Shown here: piece by piece, positions 30,138-32,000 of the stretch
Position numbering within the stretch: position 1 is the first letter of the stretch
How the letters are laid out: every line of letters starts with the position of its first letter
DNA from: Acaryochloris thomasi RCC1774
GTDB lineage: Bacteria > Cyanobacteriota > Cyanobacteriia > Thermosynechococcales > Thermosynechococcaceae
DNA length: 32,000 bases
NCBI RefSeq assembly: GCF_003231495.1
Contig: NZ_PQWO01000003.1
Location: 60,001-92,000, forward strand
Reading direction: 5' to 3'
Translations under genes and position numbers: made by a program
Notes under the pieces: model-generated
What the model was told of the DNA's origin: nothing
Databases searched by the model: none
Seen by the model: only the letters and a program-made list of their open reading frames with translations

Positions 30138-30336
30138 TTAATCTGTCACAAGGTCAGCAAGAAGCATGCTTAAACAGAGAGACGAAAACCTTGAGAATAA
30201 AGTTCTAGTTCAAGGGTTATCGACCTTACGTACAACATACTGAATCTTGATCATACAAGCAGACGTTGTAACAGTGGTCCAAGAGGCCTCCATATGGTAA
30301 TCACGGAATCTGGAACAGGAGGTCAGATACGATTGA

Positions 30337-31602
30337 CTATGCCTTATCATTTGCAAAATTTCTTGCACAGATCGGGTGAGAAGGTCCAGGTTTTTGGGCT
30401 ACGGCTTCTGATATTTCAAGAGGTTGAGTTGTTAACGCAACATCACCGTCTGCAGTGATATGCCATCCGTGTGCCTCAACAATGCGAGTTTGTAACTTCG
30501 CAACTGTTATTTTTGAAGACTGCCTATTTCTACGAGCATCCTCCTTAGCAGCACTTATATTTTTTGACTGTCTTAAGGCCCAATTTGCAACAACAGCATC
30601 TTGGCTAAGATTTCCATTAGGATCAGGAGATAAACCACCACGACCAGAAACAAAAAATCGACTCAACCGCGACTCTTTTCCCGTTTTGTCAGTACAAACA
30701 GCAGCAAAATCTTCCGAGAATATCTTGCTCCTAAATCTTCGTAAATTCATTGGATTCACTGCATTCTCTCGTGAATTTATTTGAATTATTTCATTCTCTC
30801 GTGAATTTGCTTGATTTTTTTCATTCGGTTGAAGTCTTAGAGTCCGTTGATCTTGAACAATCAAATCGATACGACCAGTACTAATCATTACATTCCCTCC
30901 CATTAGGAATAAAGACAGGTCTGGACTTACTCCCAAGCCTGTTCGATCTAACAGAGAATTCATTATTGAGGATTGGCTGCTAATCGAAGCTGGATTCTCA
31001 CCCAACTGCAGACCCACTGGCGTACTTATTGTCAGCAGAGAAGATGTTTGTGGCTCTACAGCACTAAACGATGAGCCATCAGAGAAATCAAGCGAAGCAG
31101 CATTACTAGCAATAAATGAGCCACCAATATCAAGAGAGGAATTTGGTCCAAATATAATCCCATTAGGATTCAAGAAGAAAAAATTAGCATTCCCATTAGC
31201 TTTAATTAAGCCATCGACATTAGAAATACTTCCACCCGTTACGCGACTAATAATATTTTCAACTGAAGCAGAATTATTAAACCGAGCTTCGCCTCCACTC
31301 GGTACAGAGAACCTTTCAAAACTGTGAAACAGATTTCTGCCACGTGTTGTCCCCTGATCGATTTGATACAGCAAACCATCCTGAGTTGAAACAGCAGAAT
31401 TAGCAGGTAAGGTTTGATCTCCAACAACCTGCCCCCTCAGAACCGCCTGGTTTGAGAAGAATATAAATACAGCCCAGAATATTAGTCGCTGGGGTCGAGG
31501 CCATCTTTTAAGCAGAAAAATAGCGCGTTGCCCCCATCGCTGCCGACTTACTATGCGTTCAGCCATATACGTTCCAATCACGAAAGCTAATCCCACAGAC
31601 AT
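30337..31602 (-). CDS. short filamentous-hemagglutinin N-terminal (TPS) domain protein, TpsA-like, low GC
   Basis: TPS-domain blocks: RGRNLFHSFERFSVPSGGEARFNN...ENIISRVTGGSISNVDGLIKANGNANFFFLNPNGIIFGP. Extended signal-like N-terminus. Only 421 aa. Hand count of G+C in one 60-nt line is 19/60. Confidence 0.8.
   Translation of the reverse strand: MSVGLAFVIGTYMAERIVSRQRWGQRAIFLLKRWPRPQRLIFWAVFIFFSNQAVLRGQVVGDQTLPANSAVSTQDGLLYQIDQGTTRGRNLFHSFERFSVPSGGEARFNNSASVENIISRVTGGSISNVDGLIKANGNANFFFLNPNGIIFGPNSSLDIGGSFIASNAASLDFSDGSSFSAVEPQTSSLLTISTPVGLQLGENPASISSQSSIMNSLLDRTGLGVSPDLSLFLMGGNVMISTGRIDLIVQDQRTLRLQPNEKNQANSRENEIIQINSRENAVNPMNLRRFRSKIFSEDFAAVCTDKTGKESRLSRFFVSGRGGLSPDPNGNLSQDAVVANWALRQSKNISAAKEDARRNRQSSKITVAKLQTRIVEAHGWHITADGDVALTTQPLEISEAVAQKPGPSHPICARNFANDKA
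30761..30826 (-). repeat. 30-nt-period tandem repeat inside the TpsA-like gene
   Basis: The 17-nt core CATTCTCTCGTGAATTT occurs at 30762..30778 and 30792..30808. A degenerate third unit (TCATTC) starts at 30821. The repeats encode NSRENEIIQI / NSRENAVNPM. Confidence 0.75.
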
Positions 31603-31761
31603 ATCTCTGGAGGCGGGTGCATTTATGCAAAACTTGGCAAACGCAAAATTAAAACAGGCTCAGCGTCATAGGCATTTTGTTAGAGGTACGACAATCACTT
31701 GATTGTTCCTCACGATGGCACAATAGTCCCTACCCTACTCAAACTCTTGAGGACGATAAAA

Positions 31762-31992
31762 ATGTGGAAAGTGATCATCCACTGCTCTGCCGACGGTTGG
31801 CGTAACTATGCCACTGCCTTTCGGGAGATTGCAGACAAATACCCTGCTGGCACACTCTTATCCTCACGCAAACTAAAAGGAGATGAGCGCCGAATCATGG
31901 AATATGAATTTGAAGATGCCAATGATGCAGAAGCTCTAATGCAAGAATGTATGACCCTCGAAGGCTTTGTGGCCGCCTTTGAGTCAACATAA
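31762..31992 (+). CDS. hypothetical small protein (76 aa)
   Basis: ATG at 31762 preceded by GAGGA at 7-nt spacing. The TTG at 31699 in the ORF track is less likely. No motif recognised. Confidence 0.4.
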   Translation: MWKVIIHCSADGWRNYATAFREIADKYPAGTLLSSRKLKGDERRIMEYEFEDANDAEALMQECMTLEGFVAAFEST

Positions 31993-32000
31993 AGCTCAGT

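Overview
The window is a cyanobacterial chromosomal segment. Support: 19 exact copies of the HIP1 octamer GCGATCGC, a CytM-like cytochrome c, and an ETR1-type ethylene-binding-domain histidine kinase. I count about 27 protein-coding genes. I saw no rRNA, no intact tRNA and no CRISPR array.

Core-type genes: a 5'-partial alpha/beta hydrolase, a ROK kinase, pyrG, an M61 peptidase with PDZ, two paralogous atypical SDRs, a CPYC GST-like protein, a membrane HExxH protease, a PF09818-like ABC-ATPase, a retropepsin-PDZ lipoprotein, and an FHA-fused class A PBP.

Accessory or unusual content:
1. A complete 1655-bp IS with perfect 27-bp terminal inverted repeats. It splits two co-oriented genes and donates the last 3 codons and the stop to one of them.
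2. A roughly 2-kb toxin-antitoxin-rich islet (ParDE, DUF4926, a nonsense-disrupted partner gene, a 20-bp perfect hairpin). It is bracketed by a duplicated 3' end of the ABC-ATPase gene with a 28-nt identical core. This looks like the footprint of a decayed integrated element.
3. A 921-aa protein with 17 contiguous RTX nonapeptides at the N-terminus, a CARDB-like module, and a C-terminal vanadium-haloperoxidase/PAP2-type domain.
4. A three-gene signalling operon: EBD-PAS-HK, a CheY-like response regulator, and a REC-HK.
5. Two low-GC patches. One holds an orphan SAM methyltransferase next to a tRNA-like relic. The other holds a short orphan two-partner-secretion (TPS) domain protein.

All family calls rest on motif recognition by eye; no database search was possible. 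I did not find a clearly complete novel multi-gene system. Items 2-4 are the best follow-up candidates.
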